Shown here one piece after another: positions 38,547 to 48,633 of a stretch of DNA of 64,000 nt. Under the pieces are notes generated by a model, which was not told the origin of the DNA, made no database searches, and saw nothing but the letters and a program-made list of their open reading frames with translations. A program made the translations under genes and the position numbers. The DNA comes from an uncultured Chloroflexia bacterium (GTDB lineage: Bacteria; Chloroflexota; Anaerolineae; Anaerolineales; UBA4823): positions 69,190 to 133,189 of the forward strand of contig CAVORW010000007.1 in assembly GCA_963698715.1 (NCBI GenBank). Reading direction: 5' to 3'. The first letter of the stretch is position 1, and every line of letters starts with the position of its first letter.

Positions 38547-40205
38547 TCAGGGGGCTAGAGAACTAAAATAATCGCGAACTAGCGCCCGTAAATGCTGCGG
38601 CACTTGGCCACTTTCAATTGCCTGACGTATGATGTTTTCATATACGGGGAAAACTTCTGAATAAGGAATAAGGCTTTGCTCGGGGGAATTGCCGGGCGCA
38701 AGGCCTGCCTCGCCAATAATCTGTCCTGGCTGACCGCTGCCTGGAAGCTGGATATCCTGGCCCACTCCGCTGTTCAATCGTTGGGGAGCGTAGATGCTCT
38801 CGTACTCACGCTCACCACCATCCCCAGTTTGATTGCCAGTTCCGATCGGCTGGCTACCGGCTTGCGCACCACTGCCTTCCCCCTGACTCTCCCCTTGTCC
38901 TGCGCCAGCTACGCTGGCGCCACCCGAAGTGTTGCCGTTCACCTCGCCCGCCCCACTGCTGCCCTGGCTGCTTCCGGGACCTGAATCTGCAATTTGCCCC
39001 CCGTTGTTCTGTCCGCTGCCGGTTTGGCTGCCCGAAGTTGCCTGGGCGCTGGCAGCAGACCCGGCCAAAGCCAGGTTTTGCTGACTGGCGCTTAGCTGGT
39101 CAGCCGCCTGGTTGGCTGCGTTGGCGGATGCCAGGCTGCTGGCGTGACCTGCCAGTTGTTGGGAAGCCTGGGATAATGCCTGCCCGGCCCCTGCCGGATT
39201 GCCGGATTGGATCTCCTCAGCAGCATTCTGCAAATCTTGCGCCAGCTCCGGATTGCTGTTCGCCAGCGCGGAGGCGGCAGCTGGCAGGCTGGCCGCAAGA
39301 TCCGCCCGCTGCTCTGCGTTCATGGCAGTGGGATCGATTGTCCCAAGCGCCTGAGCGGCCTCGGAAAAATCACCCGCAGCCAATTGCTGGCCAAAGGCTT
39401 CCAGGGGGCTGCTGTCCTCGGAAGCGATGGACTCTCCAGCCTCAACCAGTCCAGCCGATTGATTTAGCAATTCGTCGGGCAGTACGGTCCGCAGCGCCTG
39501 CTCAGCCTGGTTTAATGCACCAAGCGCCTCCTCCAGGCTCTGAGATGTTTCGAGTCTGCGGGCCGCCTCTTCTAGCGGCTTATCCAAGACGCTCCGTTGT
39601 TCTGCACTTAAGTTATCTGCCGCTTGAATATTTGCCTGGATTTCTTCCAATGCGTTGGCCTGTTCCTGGATGAGTTTGGTCAGATCCTGCTTCTTGAGTG
39701 CGGCCAGAAAGTAGGGTTGGTTTCTGGCGGTCAGGCTCGCAAGTAGCAGGATGATTGCCAGCGCGGCACCCAGCTCTAACCAGGGCAGCCGCCATGGCTG
39801 GCTGCTCCCAAGATCGACTTTGCGGGCGTGTTCCAGAGCGTCTTGCTGTTGTTCTGAAAGCAGGTTTTCAACGGACGGTTTCAGGTGGGAAAATTCGACT
39901 GCTGTGCTGATTCGCTCGCGCAAATTGAAGCGGCGATCGAAATAGCGGATGGCATGTGCGCGGTTCACAGGCCACAGGTAGCCCGCCAGACCAGCAAGGC
40001 CAGGCCAGGTAATTGCCAGACCAATCGTTATTCGGGTGTATTCGGCGAGCAGCAAGTCGGTTCGTGGAACGATCCAAAGCGCCAGAATCGTCCCCAGGAT
40101 CAAACCCACCAGAAAGCCGCGTCCGGACCAGCGCAATGCCCGCTGCAGTCGGTAGCGGAGCAGCCAGCTTTGCACAATGTGATTGATTTCATCCAGTGCG
40201 TTCAC
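38547..40205 (-). CDS. Membrane-anchored coiled-coil protein with a G/S/Q-rich tail (MoxR-cluster partner)
   Basis: N-terminal TMs, D...L.ERISTA motif, helical A/Q/E region, G/S tail, C-terminal VP...R..VRDYF. Confidence 0.8.
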   Translation of the reverse strand: MNALDEINHIVQSWLLRYRLQRALRWSGRGFLVGLILGTILALWIVPRTDLLLAEYTRITIGLAITWPGLAGLAGYLWPVNRAHAIRYFDRRFNLRERISTAVEFSHLKPSVENLLSEQQQDALEHARKVDLGSSQPWRLPWLELGAALAIILLLASLTARNQPYFLAALKKQDLTKLIQEQANALEEIQANIQAADNLSAEQRSVLDKPLEEAARRLETSQSLEEALGALNQAEQALRTVLPDELLNQSAGLVEAGESIASEDSSPLEAFGQQLAAGDFSEAAQALGTIDPTAMNAEQRADLAASLPAAASALANSNPELAQDLQNAAEEIQSGNPAGAGQALSQASQQLAGHASSLASANAANQAADQLSASQQNLALAGSAASAQATSGSQTGSGQNNGGQIADSGPGSSQGSSGAGEVNGNTSGGASVAGAGQGESQGEGSGAQAGSQPIGTGNQTGDGGEREYESIYAPQRLNSGVGQDIQLPGSGQPGQIIGEAGLAPGNSPEQSLIPYSEVFPVYENIIRQAIESGQVPQHLRALVRDYFSSLAP

Positions 40206-40215
40206 CTGACAAACC

Positions 40216-41208
40216 TCATTTCTCAGGGCGCTGCACCATCCTGGTGCTGACCAGCAACAGCACGAAGCTCAGCAGTAAATATAGAACGATATAGGGAAGC
40301 CATGGAGAAGGCAGGGGCAAAGTGTAGCCATTATTGAGCGGAAGAACGTAGAGAAACGCGCTTTGCGCTTCAAGCAGAATTATTTCAGTTGCGATGGCGG
40401 TTGCGAGCGGATTGCTGGCAACAACGATCCAACCCAAGATTACCAGCATGGCCTGCTGAAATGTAGTGAGATTTGGGCCGCCAAAGCCGGGGTACAAAGC
40501 GGTGCCTGCGCCGAGAACTGCGATAATCATCATTGGCAGCCCAAACACCAGCAGGATCGCGAATCCGTAAGAGAGCACGGTCGAGACCAGTGTCCGCGAC
40601 ACAAAACTGGAGAAGAAAGTCCCTACCGCACAAAAAGTGATTGCGGTGACAATCAGAATCACAACCGCGATCAGGAACTCTTCCAGGGCAACGCCGCCGA
40701 ATAAAAATGCCAGGCTTTGCAGCGGCAGTGCGCATAACAGCAGCAGCAATAAAAACATCAGTCCCGATAGGAATTTCCCCATCACCAGAGCCCGCGGAGA
40801 GAGCAAAGTCGTCCTGAGGATGTCATAGGTCTGGTGTTCACGCTCGGACGAGATGCTCCCGGCGGTCAGCGCAGGCGCTATAAAACATACCGAGAGCAAT
40901 TCCAGCCAGACCACCCCGCCAAACAGGATTTTTCCGAACAATCGCTGTTCATCAACGCTGTTAACTGGCGAGCTTGATGAAAGAAAGGTAGCGTAAATCA
41001 AACCAACAGCCGCACTGATGATGGCCACATACCCGGTCAGGGTAATGAAAGCCTTCCGGCCGCGCATCCTGCTGCGCAGCTCTTTCAAAACCAGCGGGTT
41101 GCTGTTGAGCCAGCGCCGGATCGGAGAGGGCGTTTTCGTAATTCGCCCGGTGTCACCTATCGATTCATTCATGGTAGCGACTGGCTTTGCCAGTCGAATA
41201 CGGCCCAC
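40216..41208 (-). CDS. ABC-2 type permease
   Basis: NPLVLKELRSRMRG, PALTAGSISSERE..T.DIL..T, MGK. Start uncertain. Confidence 0.88.
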   Translation of the reverse strand: MGRIRLAKPVATMNESIGDTGRITKTPSPIRRWLNSNPLVLKELRSRMRGRKAFITLTGYVAIISAAVGLIYATFLSSSSPVNSVDEQRLFGKILFGGVVWLELLSVCFIAPALTAGSISSEREHQTYDILRTTLLSPRALVMGKFLSGLMFLLLLLLCALPLQSLAFLFGGVALEEFLIAVVILIVTAITFCAVGTFFSSFVSRTLVSTVLSYGFAILLVFGLPMMIIAVLGAGTALYPGFGGPNLTTFQQAMLVILGWIVVASNPLATAIATEIILLEAQSAFLYVLPLNNGYTLPLPSPWLPYIVLYLLLSFVLLLVSTRMVQRPEK

Positions 41209-41245
41209 ACCCCTGCGTCTTGAATGGATAGATGGACAGTAAAAT

Positions 41246-42211
41246 TCATGTCACCAACCCTTTGGTTGCTCTCATGAAGACTTCTTCCAGATCACGGCTA
41301 CCAGCGCTGAAGCTGATCACCGGAATTTGGGCTTCTACAAGCGAAGCCAGGATGCTGGACATCGCCGCTTCGTCGCCTGCAAACTCAACCATCAGCCTGA
41401 AGCGCGGGCTGGTACCAGGGCCTCGGGAACCGTTAGCGCCGTTAGAGAGGTCCACGCCGGCGACCCCTGGCAAACTTAATAGCAGCTGGCGCGCTTCTTC
41501 AAGTTTGCCCAACAAGGCAATTTCGATTTTCCGGCGTGGCATCAACTGTTGTTGGAGTTCTTCCAGTGCGCCCACGGCCACCAGCTCACCCGCCTCCAGG
41601 ATCGCGACTCGGCTGCAGATCTCAGCCACATCGGCCAGGATATGAGTTGAGAAGAAGATCGTTTTACCCATACTGGCCAGCTCTACCAGCAGTTCGCGAA
41701 TCTCAACCCTGGCTCGCGGGTCTAAACCGGAGGCAGGCTCGTCCAGAATCAAAACTTGAGGATCGTGCACCAGGGTGCGAGCAAGGCTCAGACGCTGTTT
41801 CATGCCGCGTGAGAGTTTATCAACCATATCATCTTGACGATGGTTGAGTTCAACCAGTTCCAATAAGTCCGTAATTAAAGCAGGACGATCGGTAGCAGAG
41901 ATTTGATAGCAGGCCCCAAAAAAATCCAGATATTCAGCCACGGTCATATCGTTATAAACCCCGAAGAAGTCTGGCATATAACCGATCGCTCGCCGGATTG
42001 CGTTGGGTTTTTCCCTGACGGATTGGCCGGCAATTTTCACATCGCCTTCAGTCGGCTGCAAAAGCCCGGTCATCATTCGGATTGTACTGGTTTTTCCAGC
42101 CCCGTTCGGGCCGACAAAACCAAACAACTCACCTGCTTCGATCTGTAAACTGAGGCGGTTTACAGCCAGCCGGGTACCATATCTTTTGCTGAGGTTGGAT
42201 ATTTCAATCAT
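41246..42211 (-). CDS. ABC transporter ATP-binding protein
   Basis: GPNGAGKT, GYMPDFFGVY, LSRGMKQR, LDEPASGLDP. Confidence 0.93.
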   Translation of the reverse strand: MIEISNLSKRYGTRLAVNRLSLQIEAGELFGFVGPNGAGKTSTIRMMTGLLQPTEGDVKIAGQSVREKPNAIRRAIGYMPDFFGVYNDMTVAEYLDFFGACYQISATDRPALITDLLELVELNHRQDDMVDKLSRGMKQRLSLARTLVHDPQVLILDEPASGLDPRARVEIRELLVELASMGKTIFFSTHILADVAEICSRVAILEAGELVAVGALEELQQQLMPRRKIEIALLGKLEEARQLLLSLPGVAGVDLSNGANGSRGPGTSPRFRLMVEFAGDEAAMSSILASLVEAQIPVISFSAGSRDLEEVFMRATKGLVT

Positions 42212-42329
42212 CACTGCTATCTATCCTAACATGGCTTGCTCGAGAATGATATTGGGAGGTTGAAAAGATATCCAGCCGCCCTTTCTTCCCGAAAGATCTT
42301 TTATCAAGGTGGAAAGGCCATGCCTATTT

Positions 42330-44759
42330 TCAGGGATTCACTGTTAGGGTGAAATCTGCGCGTTCGATTGGAAAATATGCTCCGCTGCTGGGCTGTTCCA
42401 ATCGCAGCCGGATTTCACCATTCACACCCACAAAACGCTGGGGATCAGTAATGACCGAATCTCCCCAGTTTACATCTGGTAAAAGCACCCAATTTGCGCG
42501 TTCATAGTCCCATAGATACTGGTTGAACCCGGTTGGGCCTTGGTTTTCGTAGCTTTTCAGGTGCAAAGTCAGCTGGCTGACTTCAGAATACGGGATCGGC
42601 TGAGCGAGCATGTACTGGATGCTGAAATCCCCGCCCTCCAGATAGCCATCGTAGGGGCTGGGATTGAAAACCCCGCTAGCTGCATCCAATACACTCCAGG
42701 TAAAAAGGCCTGGGGTCAGGGCAACAGGCCCATCCATTTTTTGGAGGGTCGGGTGCAAGGCAACGACATACAAAGTCGTATCGCTGCTCCGGAACAGTTG
42801 ATCGACGAATTGCAATGGCAGGGGGCTGGTATCGCTCCAGCCCACCAGGTAAATCCCACCCCCGCGGCTGTTTGGGTTGGAATAACCGGAAATCGCATTC
42901 AGTAAGCTGAAGCGCCGGTAGGTCTCCTGGTCGCGATAATAGTCGCCCGGACCGAGTAAATCAGAAGCAAGGCTGTCAATGCCTGCGTATGGTGGGTAGT
43001 ACGAGCTGGGCTGGCCGGAGTAGTTGCCGGTGTCGGGAACTGGTTGATAACTGGCCCGATCATTGTCGGATAAGCCAATTTTAAATTGCTGTTGGTCTCC
43101 CGGCGCGAAAGTTCCGATTTGCCAGGTCTCTCCTGGGGAAAGCAGGATCGCGCTCTGCAATGTCAGGTTGGATTGATTTTGGAGTTCGCCTTCCAGGGTG
43201 ATACCCTGGCTGGTCAGCTGGATGGTTAAGCTGCCCTGGATGGCCGGGGAGGGAATTTTTCCTTCCAACCCAAATGCATTGATACCCGCTACATCGATTC
43301 GCATGTCCACTACCCGAGTGTTTTCATCCGGGGTGGTTTCAAACAGCCATCCGCCTGCGGGCGCCAGATTGGGTTGGTTGGGGATAGGATGAAGTAGGAA
43401 GTTCCGATCTATTTCGAGGTTATAGCTCGCACGGTCAGGCGAATAAACCCCCATCAGACCATACACATCGGCTTGTTGAGCATCGGGCCAGACCTGGACA
43501 ACTGCCAGCCGGCTAACGACTGGATCTTTTCCTCGTCCCTGGCTGCCAATGATAAAAGCCAGCATGCTGAATACAACAACCAGGATGGGTATACTAATCC
43601 AGGCCAATTCTTTACGTTTTAACCGGCGTAAGATCAGGTAATTGACCGGGCCTAAGGCGATGAGGTATACGAGCAGAAAACCACACAGCAAATTAATCGG
43701 GGGTAAATCCAGCTCGGGAAGTGCAGCCACCGCGTTGCCTGCTGAATCCCAGGCTTGAAAACTCCCCGCCCAAACTGGAGAGCTGGCTCCTGCACTCACT
43801 ATCTGCTCATAGATGCGAAGCATCCCTCCCCAGCTCTTGAGGGGTTCGAGACTCGGGTCAGCAGTCAGATAAAAAACGGATCCTGCGCCGTGACGGCCCT
43901 GGATCAACACAGGCTTTTCAGCCATCTCGATCAATATTTCTGCAGATGGCTCCAGATCGCCAACCGCTAGAACGGTCTCACCGGGCAGGTCGAAAAGACC
44001 GGACACGATTTCGCTTTGCTTAGGATGAAATGGAAGAAGATCGTCGATTCCGGCAGCCGTTTTTTTCCAGTTTGGACCACCGGTGACGATCAATCCGCCG
44101 CCGCCAGTTATCCAGCCGTCCAGAGCCTCGATCTGGCGGATCGTCAGACTGCCCGCATCCAGATCTGAGAGCACCAGAAAATCCAATGCATGCCAGGCAG
44201 GAGACCGGTCGGGCAAATCGCCAGCCGTCAAGCGGGCGACGGCAGCCCGCCCATTGGATGGATCTAGCTCTGACAGCAGGTTGAAAATGGATGGGCTGCC
44301 AGACAGGATGCCAAACAACCGGTCGTTTTGCGTGATGCAATTGACAGAAGCCGTTGTTTGGGCAATGATCTGGCGATTCTCGACCAATTGGACTTCAATC
44401 TCGGTCTGGTAACTTTCTGGCCGGAAATAAATGTAGGTTACTTTATTAGAGTTCGACGGTAAACTGATCGGTTGGGTGTAGAGAGTAGGGGTGCTGTTGA
44501 AACTGTTGCTGCGGATCTGTAGACTGGCATCCAACCCTTCGCCCAGATTTTCAAGCGATACTTGAACCGGAATCCAATCTCCATCTTTACATAAGCCATC
44601 GAACCCGGCCTGGGCAGACATTCGAAGGTCTCTATTAGATTGAGCGAGTGCAATGGATTGAAAAACCGCTGGAAATGGTGACAATATCATCAGCGCTGAG
44701 AGGCAGCTGCCTAAGAACAAGGCCAACAGGGTTAACTTGTACCTGATCATTAGTTTCAT
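42330..44759 (-). CDS. Exported/membrane protein with a GATase-like domain
   Basis: Signal-like N-terminus, GGGLIVTGG, two central TMs (GPVNYLILRR..ELAW..IP). Confidence 0.78.
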   Translation of the reverse strand: MKLMIRYKLTLLALFLGSCLSALMILSPFPAVFQSIALAQSNRDLRMSAQAGFDGLCKDGDWIPVQVSLENLGEGLDASLQIRSNSFNSTPTLYTQPISLPSNSNKVTYIYFRPESYQTEIEVQLVENRQIIAQTTASVNCITQNDRLFGILSGSPSIFNLLSELDPSNGRAAVARLTAGDLPDRSPAWHALDFLVLSDLDAGSLTIRQIEALDGWITGGGGLIVTGGPNWKKTAAGIDDLLPFHPKQSEIVSGLFDLPGETVLAVGDLEPSAEILIEMAEKPVLIQGRHGAGSVFYLTADPSLEPLKSWGGMLRIYEQIVSAGASSPVWAGSFQAWDSAGNAVAALPELDLPPINLLCGFLLVYLIALGPVNYLILRRLKRKELAWISIPILVVVFSMLAFIIGSQGRGKDPVVSRLAVVQVWPDAQQADVYGLMGVYSPDRASYNLEIDRNFLLHPIPNQPNLAPAGGWLFETTPDENTRVVDMRIDVAGINAFGLEGKIPSPAIQGSLTIQLTSQGITLEGELQNQSNLTLQSAILLSPGETWQIGTFAPGDQQQFKIGLSDNDRASYQPVPDTGNYSGQPSSYYPPYAGIDSLASDLLGPGDYYRDQETYRRFSLLNAISGYSNPNSRGGGIYLVGWSDTSPLPLQFVDQLFRSSDTTLYVVALHPTLQKMDGPVALTPGLFTWSVLDAASGVFNPSPYDGYLEGGDFSIQYMLAQPIPYSEVSQLTLHLKSYENQGPTGFNQYLWDYERANWVLLPDVNWGDSVITDPQRFVGVNGEIRLRLEQPSSGAYFPIERADFTLTVNP

Positions 44760-44925
44760 AGGCCCGCGACCAGCCGCTCAGTATTAGAAGTCATAAGACC
44801 TTTATACTACATCCAATCGGATTACGTAAATACGAAATATATCACCAAAACTGGTAACTGCTCAGTAGTTTTCTCGGCAGATCTCTTCTATTGATCTGGG
44901 AAGCACACCATTTGTCGCGCTGATT

Positions 44926-44943
44926 TGCTATAATCCTGTTATG
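44926..44943 (+). promoter_or_regulatory. Extended -10 promoter, probably giving a leaderless mRNA
   Basis: TG-c-TATAAT (TATAAT at 44929-44934), six nt before ATG 44941; no Shine-Dalgarno. Confidence 0.65.
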
Positions 44944-45801
44944 CCAAATCGTACCCAACTTCCCTTAATTGTCGGTTTTGTCGCCGATTTAATGTTCTCT
45001 GCGAGGATCGAGTCCACTGCTCAGCGTTTGAAATTTGACGTCCACTGGATCGAAACGGCAGATCAGATCGCGCCAGGCGATCCTCAAAGGTTGGCGCGCG
45101 TTTCAGCCGAGCCTGTGTCTGGCTCAGCTGCTGAACTGATCGATCAACTTAGCCGCAGGCATCCAGCGCTGATCATGATTGACCTCGGTAATTCGGCGAT
45201 CCCCTGGCGGGATTGGCTACCGCTGATTAAATCAGTTCCGGCAACCCGCCGAATCCCGGTCATTTGTTTTGGGTCTCACGTAGATGTGGATACCATGAAA
45301 ATGGCACGCAGCTGTGGCGCAGACGCGGTTTTAGCTCGCTCTCGTTTTGTCAAGGATTTACCTGACCTGATCTTGCGTTATGCTCGCATTCCCGATTATG
45401 CTGCTGTCGAAGCCGCCTGCAAGCAGCCTTTGTCGAGCCTGGCCCTGCAAGGACTGGAAGAGTTTAATCGAGGCGAATATTTCGAGTCACACGAATCATT
45501 GGAAGACGCCTGGAATGAAGACCAATCTGCCGGGCGTGATCTTTACCGCGCGGTGTTACAGGTCGCGGTAGCTTATCTACAGATCAAGCGGGGCAATTAT
45601 CCCGGAGCAGTAAAAATGTTTTTCAGGGTGCGCCAGTGGATTGATCCTCTGCCGGATACCTGCCGGGGTATAAATATCGCCCAATTGAGAGCGGATGCCG
45701 AGCAAGTACGACTTTCGTTATTGGCACTCGGAGCAGATAAGATTTCCGACTTTGATCATAGCCATTTCAGGCCGGTGATTTATGAGGTCCAAAATGATTA
45801 G
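44941..45801 (+). CDS. Receiver-like domain fused to DUF309
   Basis: N-terminal DLMF..RI, IDL, FGSHVD..A...GAD; C-terminal FNRGEYFESHESLEDAW...LQVAVA. Confidence 0.78.
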   Translation: MPNRTQLPLIVGFVADLMFSARIESTAQRLKFDVHWIETADQIAPGDPQRLARVSAEPVSGSAAELIDQLSRRHPALIMIDLGNSAIPWRDWLPLIKSVPATRRIPVICFGSHVDVDTMKMARSCGADAVLARSRFVKDLPDLILRYARIPDYAAVEAACKQPLSSLALQGLEEFNRGEYFESHESLEDAWNEDQSAGRDLYRAVLQVAVAYLQIKRGNYPGAVKMFFRVRQWIDPLPDTCRGINIAQLRADAEQVRLSLLALGADKISDFDHSHFRPVIYEVQND

Positions 45802-46213
45802 CCTTGCCCTGGCTGCCGAATTGAAAGCTGCTGGTTTGCAATGGCAGCCAGCTTTGCACGATTTTTTTGCACTACCCGACCGCCTGATGGATGATAAGCT
45901 GTTTGTTATCAGCGATTTACTGGCCAACATCGAGCAATTGCAGGGAACCCAGATTGTCAGTTTTCAGGGTACCCCGGAATGGGCCTTGGATTATCTGGTC
46001 ACGTCCGACGTGGTTTGGGTACCGACTGAAACTCAGCTGCGCCAGCGCTTAGAATCGGGCTTGTTAGCGAGCGGCGGGTTGGATCTGACCCTGAACACCA
46101 CCATTGCGAGTGTTCGATTAAAGTTTGTGTACCGCGGTCAGGGATTGAGTTTCGAAGCCCGAGATGCCCAGGAGGTTTATGCCCGGGCACTACTTTACCT
46201 GTTGCAAAATTGA
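45794..46213 (+). CDS. Conserved hypothetical protein
   Basis: MISLALA..L..AGL.WQP..D.F, FQGTPEWALD, W.PTE.QLR; overlaps the DUF309 stop. Confidence 0.7.
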   Translation: MISLALAAELKAAGLQWQPALHDFFALPDRLMDDKLFVISDLLANIEQLQGTQIVSFQGTPEWALDYLVTSDVVWVPTETQLRQRLESGLLASGGLDLTLNTTIASVRLKFVYRGQGLSFEARDAQEVYARALLYLLQN

Positions 46214-46230
46214 CCTTTTTGCAGCCATTG

Positions 46231-48570
46231 TTAATCAGTCTGAATGCCATCCACCAAACGAATTGTCAGCCAGGTCTGATTAATCCCTTGAATCTGGATG
46301 TTTGCCGTCGGGAAAGGCAGCCAATGACCTGGGCGCTGTTCCCGGTTTGGATTTTCAGGCTGTCCAACTAACTCTAAAGAATCCAGTATGCTATCCAGCC
46401 TGAGCAGGGAGTTGCTCTCGACCTGGACAGCAGGCCCGTTTTTCAGGCCCCAGCGCCAGCTATCGCGGCCGGCAGTCGCCTGGTACATCAGGCTCCAATC
46501 TGGCGAAAATCGCAGCCATGGGTCAAAAGCCAGAGGGAGTTGGTAATTGGTTGGCTGGGCCTGCGCCAGGGTAACTTTCAGAGTGCCGGCAGATAGCTGG
46601 TAGAGCTTTTGCACTGCACCGTCGGTGGATCGAAAAGCGAGCCCGTTGGGACTTTCTTGGAGCAGGTACACTCGCTCTGGCTCTCCAGGTAGGATAGGAT
46701 CTTGAAATGCGCCTCCTGCTGAGGCAGGATCGCTTCTAAAACCAGCGCCGATCTCCCAGGTGCTGGGTTCACTCAAGCCACTGACAAACTGGTAATCAGG
46801 GCCAATCAATTGATGGGGTCCATCGCTGCCCATCGCGAAAACAAATGTCAACTCACCACTTTCCGGCTGAATGACGGCAAATAATTGTTCATCGCCCAAC
46901 ATGCATTCTGGTTGCCCATCCAGGTCGATGTCTTGAGAGCAGTCCCTGACAGGCGACGGTTGATCTGCCCAACGGGCAGCTAAGAATAGCACCTGAACAG
47001 TCCCCAAATATGATTCCCTTACTGCAGCCAGTTCGGGCGGATGAGGATAGACTGGATCATACAGACCGGCATAGGCCTGCCAGGCAGCCTGGTCCAGGTT
47101 ATTTCTCTGGCTTGCTTCCATTCCCTGCATAATACTGGCCGCACTGGTAAAGGTCGCAGGTGGTGCAGTTCTCGCGGATGCCTCTGGGAGAGGCAGTCCG
47201 ATCAAGTCATGGGCATTTAGCAGCCGGATCCATGGGTGGGCAACCAGATAATTAAATGTGGCTCGGGCAATTTCGGGGTTGCCCCATGGGCTGCCTGGAA
47301 GGTCGCCGCCTAACACAACCAACTTGGAGCTACTCTGATTGGCGAAACTGAGCGCAGCCTGGATAATTTCCCGACGCATGGGGATATCCGGCCCATTAAT
47401 AGTCGGCGCGGCTGCCGGTAATTCCAGGGGAAGTTCAATCACAAGCTGCCGCAACCAGCGGGTGAGTTCCGGCGAATTAATAGAGGGATTAAAGGTAAAA
47501 ATTACCCGTCCCGGTCCGATCAGCTTAGAGGATAACCCTGCTGGAGAATATGTGAATTGGCTGTCTGCTAGGCCGAAACCAGCCGCGATTTGGCTGTTTT
47601 GGATGGCGAATTCTGGCTGGTCCCAGCCGGCGCTTTCCAGCCAGGTGGGCTGGCGGCCAGATTGATCAGGAATAAAACCAGGCTGGACGTCGGGTAAAAT
47701 GAGCTGGCCCTGTTTGGCCATCTCGGTGATCATCCCTATTCCACCAATGTAATCTAAAGCAGCCAGGCTTGCGGGGGTTTTAAGATCCAGCAATGTCAAA
47801 GGAACCTGCCGGGCGCGGGCAGTCCGAAGCAGATTGTAGAGTCCATGCCGCCCGCCTATTGGACCTGTATGGGCGCCATCCCAGCGTCGCAGCCCCAGGG
47901 CAGGTGTAACGGCTGGTAAGCTATCCCAGAAAGCCAGCAGCACGGGAGCGGGCGCTGGTGGAAAAACATCCGTCAGGAATGTCCCCAACTCATCCTGGAT
48001 TGCTGTCGATCCGGGCTGGGTCGAGATCACCCGCATTCTGCCTGGCAAACCTCCACCAGGCAGGCTTTTCGCAATCAGGCTGATTGTCACGCTATCATGA
48101 ATGGGATCTCGGACAACTCGCAGACCGCTGCCATTGATTGCATGTAAGTCAGGCGACAATACCTGCATCTCGCCTGATGCCGGAATCACAAGCAGGGTAT
48201 CCCAGGCGAGATCCAACGGAACGTGCCAGGGAAGTTCGGACGCGCCGCCGGGAGTTGAGTCCAGGGCCAGATAAAGATCTGTGGCAGGTAACTCAGCTAA
48301 ATCTAAAAAGTCCAGCCGGATTTGAATCTCCGGACCGAGCACCCGCAGATAGCCTGCCAGGAAATCCAGCTCTGGCGCAGATGCATCAGCATGATCCAAG
48401 ATGCGCAGATCTGTGTAGGCCCAATTGGGTTCTGCTAATGGCTCTCCGCCCGGGGTCTGGCAGCTGCTCAGACATCCGGCTGTCAGGATGGTCAGGAACC
48501 AGATCAGGGTCGCAGATCTGGCCTTAATCTTGTGCCGATTGTCGATCTTTACAAGCACTATCCTAATCAC
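46231..48570 (-). CDS. Large putative lipoprotein, weakly GH57-like
   Basis: Lipobox-like LTAGC/LSSC; C-terminal DIDLDGQPECML...P.SG.L resembles the C-domain of GH57 glucanotransferases. Confidence 0.6.
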   Translation of the reverse strand: MIRIVLVKIDNRHKIKARSATLIWFLTILTAGCLSSCQTPGGEPLAEPNWAYTDLRILDHADASAPELDFLAGYLRVLGPEIQIRLDFLDLAELPATDLYLALDSTPGGASELPWHVPLDLAWDTLLVIPASGEMQVLSPDLHAINGSGLRVVRDPIHDSVTISLIAKSLPGGGLPGRMRVISTQPGSTAIQDELGTFLTDVFPPAPAPVLLAFWDSLPAVTPALGLRRWDGAHTGPIGGRHGLYNLLRTARARQVPLTLLDLKTPASLAALDYIGGIGMITEMAKQGQLILPDVQPGFIPDQSGRQPTWLESAGWDQPEFAIQNSQIAAGFGLADSQFTYSPAGLSSKLIGPGRVIFTFNPSINSPELTRWLRQLVIELPLELPAAAPTINGPDIPMRREIIQAALSFANQSSSKLVVLGGDLPGSPWGNPEIARATFNYLVAHPWIRLLNAHDLIGLPLPEASARTAPPATFTSAASIMQGMEASQRNNLDQAAWQAYAGLYDPVYPHPPELAAVRESYLGTVQVLFLAARWADQPSPVRDCSQDIDLDGQPECMLGDEQLFAVIQPESGELTFVFAMGSDGPHQLIGPDYQFVSGLSEPSTWEIGAGFRSDPASAGGAFQDPILPGEPERVYLLQESPNGLAFRSTDGAVQKLYQLSAGTLKVTLAQAQPTNYQLPLAFDPWLRFSPDWSLMYQATAGRDSWRWGLKNGPAVQVESNSLLRLDSILDSLELVGQPENPNREQRPGHWLPFPTANIQIQGINQTWLTIRLVDGIQTD

Positions 48571-48633
48571 ACATCTCGCCTGGATTTTATTGAGGACTGA
48601 GCAGTAATCTGAAGGACATGAACTATCCCAAGA

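Noticed and set aside
45794..46213. 'Pilus assembly protein CpaE' label sometimes given to similar proteins
   Set aside because: No receiver or ATPase domain and no tad genes nearby; the label is not supported.
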